From the NCBI RefSeq assembly GCF_009914755.1, contig NC_060925.1: DNA of 64,000 nucleotides. The stretch is one strand, 5' to 3'. Source of the DNA: the human T2T-CHM13v2.0 reference genome, Homo sapiens. Positions within the stretch are counted from its first letter, which is position 1; every line of letters begins with the position of its first letter. Below, piece after piece: positions 13,001 through 28,339 of the stretch. The position numbers were made by a program, and so were the translations under genes. Below the pieces are notes generated by a model, which saw only the letters and a list, made by a program, of their open reading frames with translations, was not told the DNA's origin and made no database searches.

Positions 13001-16000
13001 AATGGAATCAACATCAAATGGAATCAAATGGAATCATTGAACGGAATTGAATGGAATCGTCATCGAATGAATTGAATGCAATCATCGAATGGTCTCGAAT
13101 GGAATCATCTTCAAATGGAATGGAATGGAATCATCGCATAGAATCGAATGGAATTATCATCGAATGGAATCGAATGGAATCAACATCAAACGGAAAAAAA
13201 CGGAATTATCGAATGGAATCGAAGAGAATCATCGAATGGACCCGAATGGAATCATCTAGTGGAATGGAATGGAATAATCCATGGACTCGAATGCAATCAT
13301 CATCGAATGGAATCGAATGGAATCATCGAATGGACTCGAATGGAATAATCATTGAACGGAATCGAATGGAATCATCATCGGATGGAAATGAATGGAATCA
13401 TCATCGAATGGAATCGAATAGAATTATGGAATGAAATCCAGTGTGATCATCATCGAATGGACCCGAATGGAATCATCATCCAACAGAAGCTAATGGAATC
13501 AACATCGAATGAATCGAATGGAAACACCATCGAATTCAAACGAATGGAATTACCATGAAATTGAAATGGATGGACTCATCATCGAATGGATTCGGATGGA
13601 ATCATCGAATAAAATTGATTGAAATCATCATCGAATGAAATCGAATGGTATCATTGAATGGAATCGAATGGAATCATCATCAGATGGAAATGAATGGAAT
13701 CGTCATAGAATGGAATCGAATGGATTCATTGAATGGAATCAGATGGAATCATCGAATGGACTGGAATGGAATCATTGAATGGACTCGAAAGGGATCATGA
13801 TTGAATGGAATTGAATGGAATCATCGAATGGTCTCGATTGGAATCATTATCAAATGGAATCGAATGGAATCACCGAATAGAATCGAATGGAACAATCATC
13901 GAATGGACTCAAATGGAATTATCCTTAAATGGAATCGAATGGAATTATCGTATTCAATCGAATAGAATCATCGAATGGACTCGAATGGAATCATCGAACG
14001 GAATGGAATGGAACAGTCAATGAACTCGAATGGAATCATCATTGAATGGAATCGAATGGAATCACCGAGTGGAATCGAATGGAATTTTGATCAAATGGAA
14101 TCGAATGTAATCATCATCAAATGGAATCAAAAATAACCATCATCAATTGGTATTGAATGGAATAGTCATCAAATGGAATTCAAAGGAATCATCATCAAAT
14201 GGAACCGAATGGAATCCTCATTGAATGGAAATGAAAGGGGTCATCATCTAATGGAATCGCATGGAATCATCATCAAATGGAATCGAATGGAATCATCATC
14301 AAATGGAATCTAATGGAATCATTGAACAGAATTGAATGGAATCGTCATCGAATGAATTGAATGCAATCATCGAATGGTCTCGAATGGAATCATCTTCTAA
14401 TGGAAAGGAATGGAATCATCGCATAGAATCGAATGGAATTATCATCGAATGGAATCGAATGGTATCAACACCAAACGGAAAAAAACGGAATTATCGAATG
14501 GAATCGAAGAGAATCTTCGAACGGACCCGAATGGAATCATCTAATGGAATGGAATGGAATAATCCATGGACTCGAATGCAATCATCATCGAATGGAATCG
14601 AATGGAATCATCGAATGGACTCGAATGGAATAATCATTGAACGGAATCGAATGGAATCATCATCGGATGGAAACGAATGGAATCATCATCGAATGGAAAT
14701 GAAAGGAGTCATCATCTAATGGAATTGCATGGAATCATCATAAAATGGAATCGAATGGAATCAACATCAAATGGAATCAAATGGAATCATTGAACGGAAT
14801 TGAATGGAATCGTCATCGAATGAATTGACTGCAATCATCGAATGGTCTCGAATGGAATCATCTTCAAATGGAATGGAATGGAATCATCGCATAGAATCGA
14901 ATGGAATTATCATCGAATGGAATCGAATGGAATCAACATCAAACGGAAAAAAACGGAATTATCGAATGGAATCGAAGAGAATCATCGAATGGACCCGAAT
15001 GGAATCATCTAATGGAATGGAATGGAATAATCCATGGACTCGAATGCAATCATCATCGAATGGAATCGAATGGAATCATCGAATGGACTCGAATGGAATA
15101 ATCATTGAACGGAATCGAATGGAATCATCATCGGATGGAAATGAATGGAATCATCATCGAATGGAATCGAATAGAATTATGGAATGAAATCCAGTGTGAT
15201 CATCATCGAATGGACCCGAATGGAATCATCATACAACGGAAGCTAATGGAATCAACATCGAATGAATCGAATGGAAACACCATCGAATTGAAACGAATGG
15301 AATTATCATGAAATTGTAATGGATGGACTCATCATCGAATGGATTCGAATGGAATCATCGAATAAAATTGATTGAAATCATCATCCAATGGAATCGAATG
15401 GTATCATTGAATGGAATCGAATGGAATCATCATCAGATGGAAATGAATGGAATCGTCATAGAATGGAATCGAATGGATTCATTGAATGGAATCAGATGGA
15501 ATCATCGAATGGACTGGAATGGAATCATTGAATGGACTCGAAAGGGATCATGATTGAATGGAATTGAATGGAATCATCGAATGGTCTCGATTGGAATCAT
15601 TATCAAATGGAATCGAATGGAATCACCGAATAGAATCGAATGGAACAATCATCGAATGGACTCAAATGGAATTATCCTCCAATGGAATCGAATGGAATTA
15701 TCGAATGCAATCGAATGGAATTATCGAATGAAATCGAATAGAATCATCGAAAGGACTCGAATGGAATCATCGAATGGAATGGAATGGAACAGTCAATGAA
15801 CTCGAATGGAATCATCATTGAATGGAATCGAATGGAATCATCGAGTGGAATCAAATGGAATTATGATCAAATGGAATCGAATGTAATCATCATCAAATGG
15901 AATCAAAAATAACCATCATCAATTGGTATTGAATGGAATTGTCATCAAATGGAATTCAAAGGAATCATCATCAAATGGAACCGAATGGAATCCTCATTGA

Positions 16001-19000
16001 ATGGAAATGAAAGGGGTCATCATCTAATGGAATCGCATGGAATCATCATCAAATGGAATCGAATGGAATCATCATCAAATGGAATCTAATGGAATCATTG
16101 AACAGAATTGAATGGAATGGTCATCGAATGAATTGAATGCAATCATCGAGTGGTCTCGAATGGAATCATCTTCTAATGGAAACGAATGGAATCATCGCAT
16201 AGAATCGAATGGAATTATCATCGAATGGAATCGAATGGTATCAACACCAAACGGAAAAAAACGGAATTATCGAATGGAATCGAAGAGAATCTTCGAACGG
16301 ACCCGAATGGAATCATCTAATGGAATGGAATGGAATAATCCATGGACTCGAATGCAATCATCATCGAATGGAATCGAATGGAATCATCGAATGGACTCGA
16401 ATGGAATAATCATTGAACGGAATCGAATGGAATCATCATCGGATGGAAACGAATGGAATCATCATCGAATGGAAATGAAAGGAGTCATCATCTAATGGAA
16501 TTGCATGGAATCATCATAAAATGGAATCGAATGGAATCAACATCAAATGGAATCAAATGGAATCATTGAACGGAATTGAATGGAATCGTCATCGAATGAA
16601 TTGAATGCAATCATCGAATGGTCTCGAATGGAATCATCTTCAAATGGAATGGAATGGAATCATCGCATAGAATCGAATGGAATTATCATCGAATGGAATC
16701 GAATGGAATCAAGATCAAACGGAAAAAAACGGAATTATCGAATGGAATCGAAGAGAATCATCGAATGGACCCGAATGGAATCATCTAAAGGAATGGAATG
16801 GAATAATCCATGGACTCGAATGCAATCATCATCCAATGGAATCGAATGGAATCATCGAATGGACTCGAATGGAATAATCATTGAACGGAATCGAATGGAA
16901 TCATCATCGGATGGAAATGAATGGAATCATCATCGAATGGAATCGAATAGAATTATGGAATGAAATCCAGTGTGATCATCATCGAATGGACCCGAATGGA
17001 ATCATCATCCAACGGAAGCTAATGGAATCAACATCGAATGAATCGAATGGAAACACCATCGAATTGAAACGAATGGAATTATCATGAAATTGAAATGGAT
17101 GGACTCATCATCGAATGGATTCGAATGGAATCATCGAATAAAATTGATTGAAATCATCATCCAATGGAATCGAATGGTATCATTGAATGGAATCGAATGG
17201 AATCATCATCAGATGGAAATGAATGGAATCGTCATAGAATGGAATCGAATGGATTCATTGAATGGAATCAGATGGAATCATCGAATGGACTGGAATGGAA
17301 TCATTGAATGGACTCGAAAGGGATCATGATTGAATGGAATTGAATGGAATCATCGAATGGTCTCGATTGGAACCATTATCAAATGGAATCGAATGGAATC
17401 ACCGAATAGAATCGAATGGAACAGTCATCGAACGGACTCAAATGGAATTATCCTCAAATGGAATCGAATGGAATTATCGAATGCAATCGAATGGAATTAT
17501 CGAATGCAATCGAATAGAATCATCGAATGGACTTGAATGGAATCATCGAATGGAATGGAATGGAACAGTCAATGAACTCGAATGGAATCATCATTGAATG
17601 GAATCGAATGGAATCATCGAGTGGAATCGAATGGAATTATGATCAAATGGAATCGAATGTAATCCTCATCAAATGGAATCAAAAATAACCATCATCAATT
17701 GGTATTGAATGGAATTGTCATCAAATGGAATTCAAAGGAATCATCATCAAATGGAACCGAATGGAATCCTCATTGAATGGAAATGAAAGGGGTCATCATC
17801 TAATGGAATCGCATGGAATCATCATCAAATGGAATCGAATGGAATCATCATCAAATGGAATCTAATGGAATCATTGAACAGAATTGAATGGAATCGTCAT
17901 CGAATGAATTGAATGCAATCATCGAATGGTCTCGAATGGAATCATCTTCTAATGGAAAGGAATGGAATCATCGCATAGAATCGAATGGAATTATCATCGA
18001 ATGGAATCGAATGGTATCAACACCAAACGGAAAAAAACGGAATTATCGAATGGAATCGAAGAGAATCTTCGAACGGACCCGAATGGAATCATCTAATGGA
18101 ATGGAATGGAATAATCCATGGACTCGAATGCAATCATCATCGAATGGAATCGAATGGAATCATCGAATGGACTCGAATGGAATAATCATTGAACGGAATC
18201 GAATGGAATCATCATCGGATGGAAACGAATGGAATCATCATCGAATGGAAATGAAAGGAGTCATCATCTAATGGAATTGCATGGAATCATCATAAAATGG
18301 AATCGAATGGAATCAACATCAAATGGAATCAAATGGAATCATTGAACGGAATTGAATGGAATCGTCATCGAATGAATTGACTGCAATCATCGAATGGTCT
18401 CGAATGGAATCATCTTCAAATGGAATGGAATGGAATCATCGCATAGAATCGAATGGAATTATCATCGAATGGAATCGAATGGAATCAACATCAAACGGAA
18501 AAAAACGGAATTATCGAATGGAATCGAAGAGAATCATCGAATGGACCCGAATGGAATCATCTAATGGAATGGAATGGAATAATCCATGGACTCGAATGCA
18601 ATCATCATCGAATGGAATCGAATGGAATCATCGAATGGACTCGAATGGAATAATCATTGAACGGAATCGAATGGAATCATCATCGGATGGAAATGAATGG
18701 AATCATCATCGAATGGAATCGAATAGAATTATGGAATGAAATCCAGTGTGATCATCATCGAATGGACCCGAATGGAATCATCATACAACGGAAGCTAATG
18801 GAATCAACATCGAATGAATCGAATGGAAACACCATCGAATTGAAACGAATGGAATTATCATGAAATTGTAATGGATGGACTCATCATCGAATGGATTCGA
18901 ATGGAATCATCGAATAAAATTGATTGAAATCATCATCCAATGGAATCGAATGGTATCATTGAATGGAATCGAATGGAATCATCATCAGATGGAAATGAAT

Positions 19001-22000
19001 GGAATCGTCATAGAATGGAATCGAATGGATTCATTGAATGGAATCAGATGGAATCATCGAATGGACTGGAATGGAATCATTGAATGGACTCGAAAGGGAT
19101 CATGATTGAATGGAATTGAATGGAATCATCGAATGGTCTCGATTGGAATCATTATCAAATGGAATCGAATGGAATCACCGAATAGAATCGAATGGAACAA
19201 TCATCGAATGGACTCAAATGGAATTATCCTCAAATGGAATCGAATGGAATTATCGAATGCAATCGAATGGAATTATCGAATGAAATCGAATAGAATCATC
19301 GAAAGGACTCGAATGGAATCATCGAATGGAATGGAATGGAACAGTCAATGAACTCGAATGGAATCATCATTGAATGGAATCGAATGGAATCATCGAGTGG
19401 AATCAAATGGAATTATGATCAAATGGAATCGAATGTAATCATCATCAAATGGAATCAAAAATAACCATCATCAATTGGTATTGAATGGAATTGTCATCAA
19501 ATGGAATTCAAAGGAATCATCATCAAATGGAACCGAATGGAATCCTCATTGAATGGAAATGAAAGGGGTCATCATCTAATGGAATCGCATGGAATCATCA
19601 TCAAATGGAATCGAATGGAATCATCATCAAATGGAATCTAATGGAATCATTGAACAGAATTGAATGGAATGGTCATCGAATGAATTGAATGCAATCATCG
19701 AGTGGTCTCGAATGGAATCATCTTCTAATGGAAACGAATGGAATCATCGCATAGAATCGAATGGAATTATCATCGAATGGAATCGAATGGTATCAACACC
19801 AAACGGAAAAAAACGGAATTATCGAATGGAATCGAAGAGAATCTTCGAACGGACCCGAATGGAATCATCTAATGGAATGGAATGGAATAATCCATGGACT
19901 CGAATGCAATCATCATCGAATGGAATCGAATGGAATCATCGAATGGACTCGAATGGAATAATCATTGAACGGAATCGAATGGAATCATCATCGGATGGAA
20001 ACGAATGGAATCATCATCGAATGGAAATGAAAGGAGTCATCATCTAATGGAATTGCATGGAATCATCATAAAATGGAATCGAATGGAATCAACATCAAAT
20101 GGAATCAAATGGAATCATTGAACGGAATTGAATGGAATCGTCATCGAATGAATTGAATGCAATCATCGAATGGTCTCGAATGGAATCATCTTCAAATGGA
20201 ATGGAATGGAATCATCGCATAGAATCGAATGGAATTATCATCGAATGGAATCGAATGGAATCAAGATCAAACGGAAAAAAACGGAATTATCGAATGGAAT
20301 CGAAGAGAATCATCGAATGGACCCGAATGGAATCATCTAAAGGAATGGAATGGAATAATCCATGGACTCGAATGCAATCATCATCCAATGGAATCGAATG
20401 GAATCATCGAATGGACTCGAATGGAATAATCATTGAACGGAATCGAATGGAATCATCATCGGATGGAAATGAATGGAATCATCATCGAATGGAATCGAAT
20501 AGAATTATGGAATGAAATCCAGTGTGATCATCATCGAATGGACCCGAATGGAATCATCATCCAACGGAAGCTAATGGAATCAACATCGAATGAATCGAAT
20601 GGAAACACCATCGAATTGAAACGAATGGAATTATCATGAAATTGAAATGGATGGACTCATCATCGAATGGATTCGAATGGAATCATCGAATAAAATTGAT
20701 TGAAATCATCATCCAATGGAATCGAATGGTATCATTGAATGGAATCGAATGGAATCATCATCAGATGGAAATGAATGGAATCGTCATAGAATGGAATCGA
20801 ATGGATTCATTGAATGGAATCAGATGGAATCATCGAATGGACTGGAATGGAATCATTGAATGGACTCGAAAGGGATCATGATTGAATGGAATTGAATGGA
20901 ATCATCGAATGGTCTCGATTGGAATCATTATCAAATGGAATCGAATGGAATCACCGAATAGAATCGAATGGAACAGTCATCGAACGGACTCAAATGGAAT
21001 TATCCTCAAATGGAATCGAATGGAATTATCGAATGCAATCGAATGGAATTATCGAATGCAATCGAATAGAATCATCGAATGGACTTGAATGGAATCATCG
21101 AATGGAATGGAATGGAACAGTCAATGAACTCGAATGGAATCATCATTGAATGGAATCGAATGGAATCATCGAGTGGAATCGAATGGAATTATGATCAAAT
21201 GGAATCGAATGTAATCCTCATCAAATGGAATCAAAAATAACCATCATCAATTGGTATTGAATGGAATTGTCATCAAATGGAATTCAAAGGAATCATCATC
21301 AAATGGAACCGAATGGAATCCTCATTGAATGGAAATGAAAGGGGTCATCATCTAATGGAATCGCATGGAATCATCATCAAATGGAATCGAATGGAATCAT
21401 CATCAAATGGAATCTAATGGAATCATTGAACAGAATTGAATGGAATCGTCATCGAATGAATTGAATGCAATCATCGAATGGTCTCGAATGGAATCATCTT
21501 CTAATGGAAAGGAATGGAATCATCGCATAGAATCGAATGGAATTATCATCGAATGGAATCGAATGGTATCAACACCAAACGGAAAAAAACGGAATTATCG
21601 AATGGAATCGAAGAGAATCTTCGAACGGACCCGAATGGAATCATCTAATGGAATGGAATGGAATAATCCATGGACTCGAATGCAATCATCATCGAATGGA
21701 ATCGAATGGAATCATCGAATGGACTCGAATGGAATAATCATTGAACGGAATCGAATGGAATCATCATCGGATGGAAACGAATGGAATCATCATCGAATGG
21801 AAATGAAAGGAGTCATCATCTAATGGAATTGCATGGAATCATCATAAAATGGAATCGAATGGAATCAACATCAAATGGAATCAAATGGAATCATTGAACG
21901 GAATTGAATGGAATCGTCATCGAATGAATTGACTGCAATCATCCAATGGTCTCGAATGGAATCATCTTCAAATGGAATGGAATGGAATCATCGCATAGAA

Positions 22001-25000
22001 TCGAATGGAATTATCATCGAATGGAATCGAATGGAATCAACATCAAACGGAAAAAAACGGAATTATCGAATGGAATCGAAGAGAATCATCGAATGGACCC
22101 GAATGGAATCATCTAATGGAATGGAATGGAATAATCCATGGACTCGAATGCAATCATCATCGAATGGAATCGAATGGAATCATCGAATGGACTCGAATGG
22201 AATAATCATTGAACGGAATCGAATGGAATCATCATCGGATGGAAATGAATGGAATCATCATCGAATGGAATCGAATAGAATTATGGAATGAAATCCAGTG
22301 TGATCATCATCGAATGGACCCGAATGGAATCATCATCCAACGGAAGCTAATGGAATCAACATCGAATGAATCAAATGGAAACACCATCGAATTGAAACGA
22401 ATGGAATTATCATGAAATTGAAATGGATGGACTCATCATCGAATGGATTCGAATGGAATCATCGAATAAAATTGATTGAAATCATCATCGAATGGAATCG
22501 AATGGTATCATTGAATGGAATCGAATGGAATCATCATCAGATGGAAATGAATGGAATCGTCATAGAATGGAATCGAATGGATTCATTGAATGGAATCAGA
22601 TGGAATCATCGAATGGACTGGAATGGAATCATTGAATGGACTCGAAAGGGATCATGATTGAATGGAATTAAATGGAATCATCGAATGGTCTCGATTGGAA
22701 TCATTATCAAATGGAATCGAATGGAATCACCGAATAGAATCGAATGGAACAATCATCGAATGGACTCAAATGGAATTATCCTCCAATGGAATCGAATGGA
22801 TTTATCGAATGCAATGGAATAGAATCATCGAATGGACTCGAATGGAATTATCGAACGGAATGGAATGGAACAGTCAATGAACTCGAATGGAATCATCATT
22901 GAATGGAATCGAATGGAATCATCGAGTGGAATCGAATGGAATTATGATCAAATGGAATCGAATGTAATCATCATCAAATGGAATCAAAAATAACCATCAT
23001 CAATTGGTATTGAATGGAATTGTCATCAAATGGAATTCAAAGGAATCATCATCAAATGGAACCGAATGGAATCCTCATTGAATGGAAATGAAAGGGGTCA
23101 TCATCTAATGGAATCGCATGGAATCATCATCAAATGGAATCGAATGGAATCATCATCAAATGGAATCTAATGGAATCATTGAACAGAATTGAATGGAATC
23201 GTCATCGAATGAATTGAATGCAATCATCGAATGGTCTCGAATGGAATCATCTTCTAATGGAAAGGAATGGAATCATCGCATAGAATCGAATGGAATTATC
23301 ATCGAATGGAATCGAATGGTATCAACACCAAACGGAAAAAAACGGAATTATCGAATGGAATCGAAGAGAATCTTCGAACGGACCCGAATGGAATCATCTA
23401 ATGGAATGGAATGGAATAATCCATGGACTCGAATGCAATCATCATCGAATGGAATCAAATGGAATCATCGAATGGACTCGAATGGAATAATCATTGAACG
23501 GAATCGAATGGAATCATCATCGGATGGAAACGAATGGAATCATCATCGAATGGAAATGAAAGGAGTCATCATCTAATGGAATTGCATGGAATCATCATAA
23601 AATGGAATCGAATGGAATCAACATCAAATGGAATCAAATGGAATCATTGAACGGAATTGAATGGAATCGTCATCGAATGAATTGAATGCAATCATCGAAT
23701 GGTCTCGAATGGAATCATCTTCAAATGGAATGGAATGGAATCATCGCATAGAATCGAATGGAATTATCATCGAATGGAATCGAATGGAATCAACATCAAA
23801 CGGAAAAAAACGGAATTATCGAATGGAATCGAAGAGAATCATCGAATGGACCCGAATGGAATCATCTAATGGAATGGAATGGAATAATCCATGGACTCGA
23901 ATGCAATCATCATCGAATGGAATCGAATGGAATCATCGAATGGACTCGAATGGAATAATCATTGAACGGAATCGAATGGAATCATCATCGGATGGAAATG
24001 AATGGAATCATCATCGAATGGAATCGAATAGAATTATGGAATGAAATCCAGTGTGATCATCATCGAATGGACCCTAATGGAATCATCATCCAACAGAAGC
24101 TAATGGAATCAACATCGAATGAATCGAATGGAAACACCATCGAATTCAAACGAATGGAATTACCATGAAATTGAAATGGATGGACTCATCATCGAATGGA
24201 TTCGGATGGAATCATCGAATAAAATTGATTGAAATCATCATCGAATGAAATCGAATGGTATCATTGAATGGAATCGAATGGAATCATCATCAGATGGAAA
24301 TGAATGGAATCGTCATAGAATGGAATCGAATGGATTCATTGAATGGAATCAGATGGAATCATCGAATGGACTGGAATGGAATCATTGAATGGACTCGAAA
24401 GGGATCATGATTGAATGGAATTGAATGGAATCATCGAATGGTCTCGATTGGAATCATTATCAAATGGAATCGAATGGAATCACCGAATAGAATCGAATGG
24501 AACAATCATCGAATGGACTCAAATGGAATTATCCTTAAATGGAATCGAATGGAATTATCGTATTCAATCGAATAGAATCATCGAATGGACTCGAATGGAA
24601 TCATCGAACGGAATGGAATGGAACAGTCAATGAACTCGAATGGAATCATCATTGAATGGAATCGAATGGAATCACCGAGTGGAATCGAATGGAATTTTGA
24701 TCAAATGGAATCGAATGTAATCATCATCAAATGGAATCAAAAATAACCATCATCAATTGGTATTGAATGGAATAGTCATCAAATGGAATTCAAAGGAATC
24801 ATCATCAAATGGAACCGAATGGAATCCTCATTGAATGGAAATGAAAGGGGTCATCATCTAATGGAATCGCATGGAATCATCATCAAATGGAATCGAATGG
24901 AATCATCATCAAATGGAATCTAATGGAATCATTGAACAGAATTGAATGGAATCGTCATCGAATGAATTGAATGCAATCATCGAATGGTCTCGAATGGAAT

Positions 25001-28000
25001 CATCTTCTAATGGAAAGGAATGGAATCATCGCATAGAATCGAATGGAATTATCATCGAATGGAATCGAATGGTATCAACACCAAACGGAAAAAAACGGAA
25101 TTATCGAATGGAATCGAAGAGAATCTTCGAACGGACCCGAATGAAATCATCTAATGGAATGGAATGGAATAATCCATGGACTCGAATGCAATCATCATCG
25201 AATGGAATCGAATGGAATCATCGAATGGACTCGAATGGAATAATCATTGAACGGAATCGAATGGAATCATCATCGGATGGAAACGAATGGAATCATCATC
25301 GAATGGAAATGAAAGGAGTCATCATCTAATGGAATTGCATGGAATCATCATAAAATGGAATCGAATGGAATCAACATCAAATGGAATCAAATGGAATCAT
25401 TGAACGGAATTGAATGGAATCGTCATCGAATGAATTGACTGCAATCATCGAATGGTCTCGAATGGAATCATCTTCAAATGGAATGGAATGGAATCATCGC
25501 ATAGAATCGAATGGAATTATCATCGAATGGAATCGAATGGAATCAACATCAAACGGAAAAAAACGGAATTATCAAATGGAATCGAAGAGAATCATCGAAT
25601 GGACCCGAATGGAATCATCTAATGGAATGGAATGGAATAATCCATGGACTCGAATGCAATCATCATCGAATGGAATCGAATGGAATCATCGAATGGACTC
25701 GAATGGAATAATCATTGAACGGAATCGAATGGAATCATCATCGGATGGAAATGAATGGAATCATCATCGAATGGAATCGAATAGAATTATGGAATGAAAT
25801 CCAGTGTGATCATCATCGAATGGACCCGAATGGAATCATCATACAACGGAAGCTAATGGAATCAACATCGAATGAATCGAATGGAAACACCATCGAATTG
25901 AAACGAATGGAATTATCATGAAATTGTAATGGATGGACTCATCATCGAATGGATTCGAATGGAATCATCGAATAAAATTGATTGAAATCATCATCCAATG
26001 GAATCGAATGGTATCATTGAATGGAATCGAATGGAATCATCATCAGATGGAAATGAATGGAATCGTCATAGAATGGAATCGAATGGATTCATTGAATGGA
26101 ATCAGATGGAATCATCGAATGGACTGGAATGGAATCATTGAATGGACTCGAAAGGGATCATGATTGAATGGAATTGAATGGAATCATCGAATGGTCTCGA
26201 TTGGAATCATTATCAAATGGAATCGAATGGAATCACCGAATAGAATCGAATGGAACAATCATCGAATGGACTCAAATGGAATTATCCTCAAATGGAATCG
26301 AATGGAATTATCGAATGCAATCGAATGGAATTATCGAATGAAATCGAATAGAATCATCGAAAGGACTCGAATGGAATCATCGAATGGAATGGAATGGAAC
26401 AGTCAATGAACTCGAATGGAATCATCATTGAATGGAATCGAATGGAATCATCGAGTGGAATCAAATGGAATTATGATCAAATGGAATCGAATGTAATCAT
26501 CATCAAATGGAATCAAAAATAACCATCATCAATTGGTATTGAATGGAATTGTCATCAAATGGAATTCAAAGGAATCATCATCAAATGGAACCGAATGGAA
26601 TCCTCATTGAATGGAAATGAAAGGGGTCATCATCTAATGGAATCGCATGGAATCATCATCAAATGGAATCGAATGGAATCATCATCAAATGGAATCTAAT
26701 GGAATCATTGAACAGAATTGAATGGAATGGTCATCGAATGAATTGAATGCAATCATCGAGTGGTCTCGAATGGAATCATCTTCTAATGGAAACGAATGGA
26801 ATCATCGCATAGAATCGAATGGAATTATCATCGAATGGAATCGAATGGTATCAACACCAAACGGAAAAAAACGGAATTATCGAATGGAATCGAAGAGAAT
26901 CTTCGAACGGACCCGAATGGAATCATCTAATGGAATGGAATGGAATAATCCATGGACTCGAATGCAATCATCATCGAATGGAATCGAATGGAATCATCGA
27001 ATGGACTCGAATGGAATAATCATTGAACGGAATCGAATGGAATCATCATCGGATGGAAACGAATGGAATCATCATCGAATGGAAATGAAAGGAGTCATCA
27101 TCTAATGGAATTGCATGGAATCATCATAAAATGGAATCGAATGGAATCAACATCAAATGGAATCAAATGGAATCATTGAACGGAATTGAATGGAATCGTC
27201 ATCGAATGAATTGACTGCAATCATCGAATGGTCCCGAATGGAATCATCTTCAAATGGAATGGAATGGAATCATCGCATAGAATCGAATGGAATTATCATC
27301 GAATGGAATCGAATGGAATCAACATCAAACGGAAAAAAACGGAATTATCGAATGGAATCGAAGAGAATCATCGAATGGACCCGAATGGAATCATCTAATG
27401 GAATGGAATGGAATAATCCATGGACTCGAATGCAATCATCATCGAATGGAATCGAATGGAATCATCGAATGGACTCGAATGGAATAATCATTGAACGGAA
27501 TCGAATGGAATCATCATCGGATGGAAATGAATGGAATCATCATCGAATGGAATCGAATAGAATTATGGAATGAAATCCAGTGTGATCATCATCGAATGGA
27601 CCCGAATGGAATCATCATCCAACGGAAGCTAATGGAATCAACATCGAATGAATCAAATGGAAACACCATCGAATTGAAACGAATGGAATTATCATGAAAT
27701 TGAAATGGATGGACTCATCATCGAATGGATTCGAATGGAATCATCGAATAAAATTGATTGAAATCATCATCGAATGGAATCGAATGGTATCATTGAATGG
27801 AATCGAATGGAATCATCATCAGATGGAAATGAATGGAATCGTCATAGAATGGAATCGAATGGATTCATTGAATGGAATCAGATGGAATCATCGAATGGAC
27901 TGGAATGGAATCATTGAATGGACTCGAAAGGGATCATGATTGAATGGAATTGAATGGAATCATCGAATGGTCTCGATTGGAATCATTATCAAATGGAATC

Positions 28001-28100
28001 GAATGGAATCACCGAATAGAATCGAATGGAACAATCATCGAATGGACTCAAATGGAATTATCCTCCAATGGAATCGAATGGATTTATCAAATGCAATGGA
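220..28100 (+). repeat. Higher-order domain 1: four unit variants a,b,c,d (basic 7,058-bp tetramer with internal dimer duplications; 10,610-bp six-unit spacing)
   Basis: Order: a b c b c d (c/a) b c d c d a b c (d/a). Markers: a = ggatttatcgaatgcaatggaatag; b = caacagaagc, gaattcaaacg, cgtattcaatc; c = atacaacgg, ttgtaatgg, cgaaaggact; d = ggaatggtcatc, caagatcaa, ctaaagg. Offsets 5525-12583, 7278-14336 and 9054-16112 are all 7058. Confidence 0.85.
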
Positions 28101-28339
28101 ATAGAATCATCGAATGGACTGGAATGGAATCATTGAATGGACTCGAAAGGGATCATGATTGAATGGAATTGAATGGAATCATCGAATGGTCTCGATTGGA
28201 ATCATTATCAAATGGAATCGAATGGAATCACCGAATAGAATCGAATGGAACAATCATCGAATGGACTCAAATGGAATTATCCTCCAATGGAATCGAATGG
28301 ATTTATCGAATGCAATGGAATAGAATCATCGAATGGACT
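27885..28339 (+). repeat. 219-bp tandem duplication giving a 1,995-bp unit
   Basis: GAATCATCGAATGGACT occurs at 27885, 28104 and 28323. The gactcgaaagggatcatgattg landmark occurs twice, 219 bp apart. ORF starts are 27944 and 28163. Confidence 0.92.
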
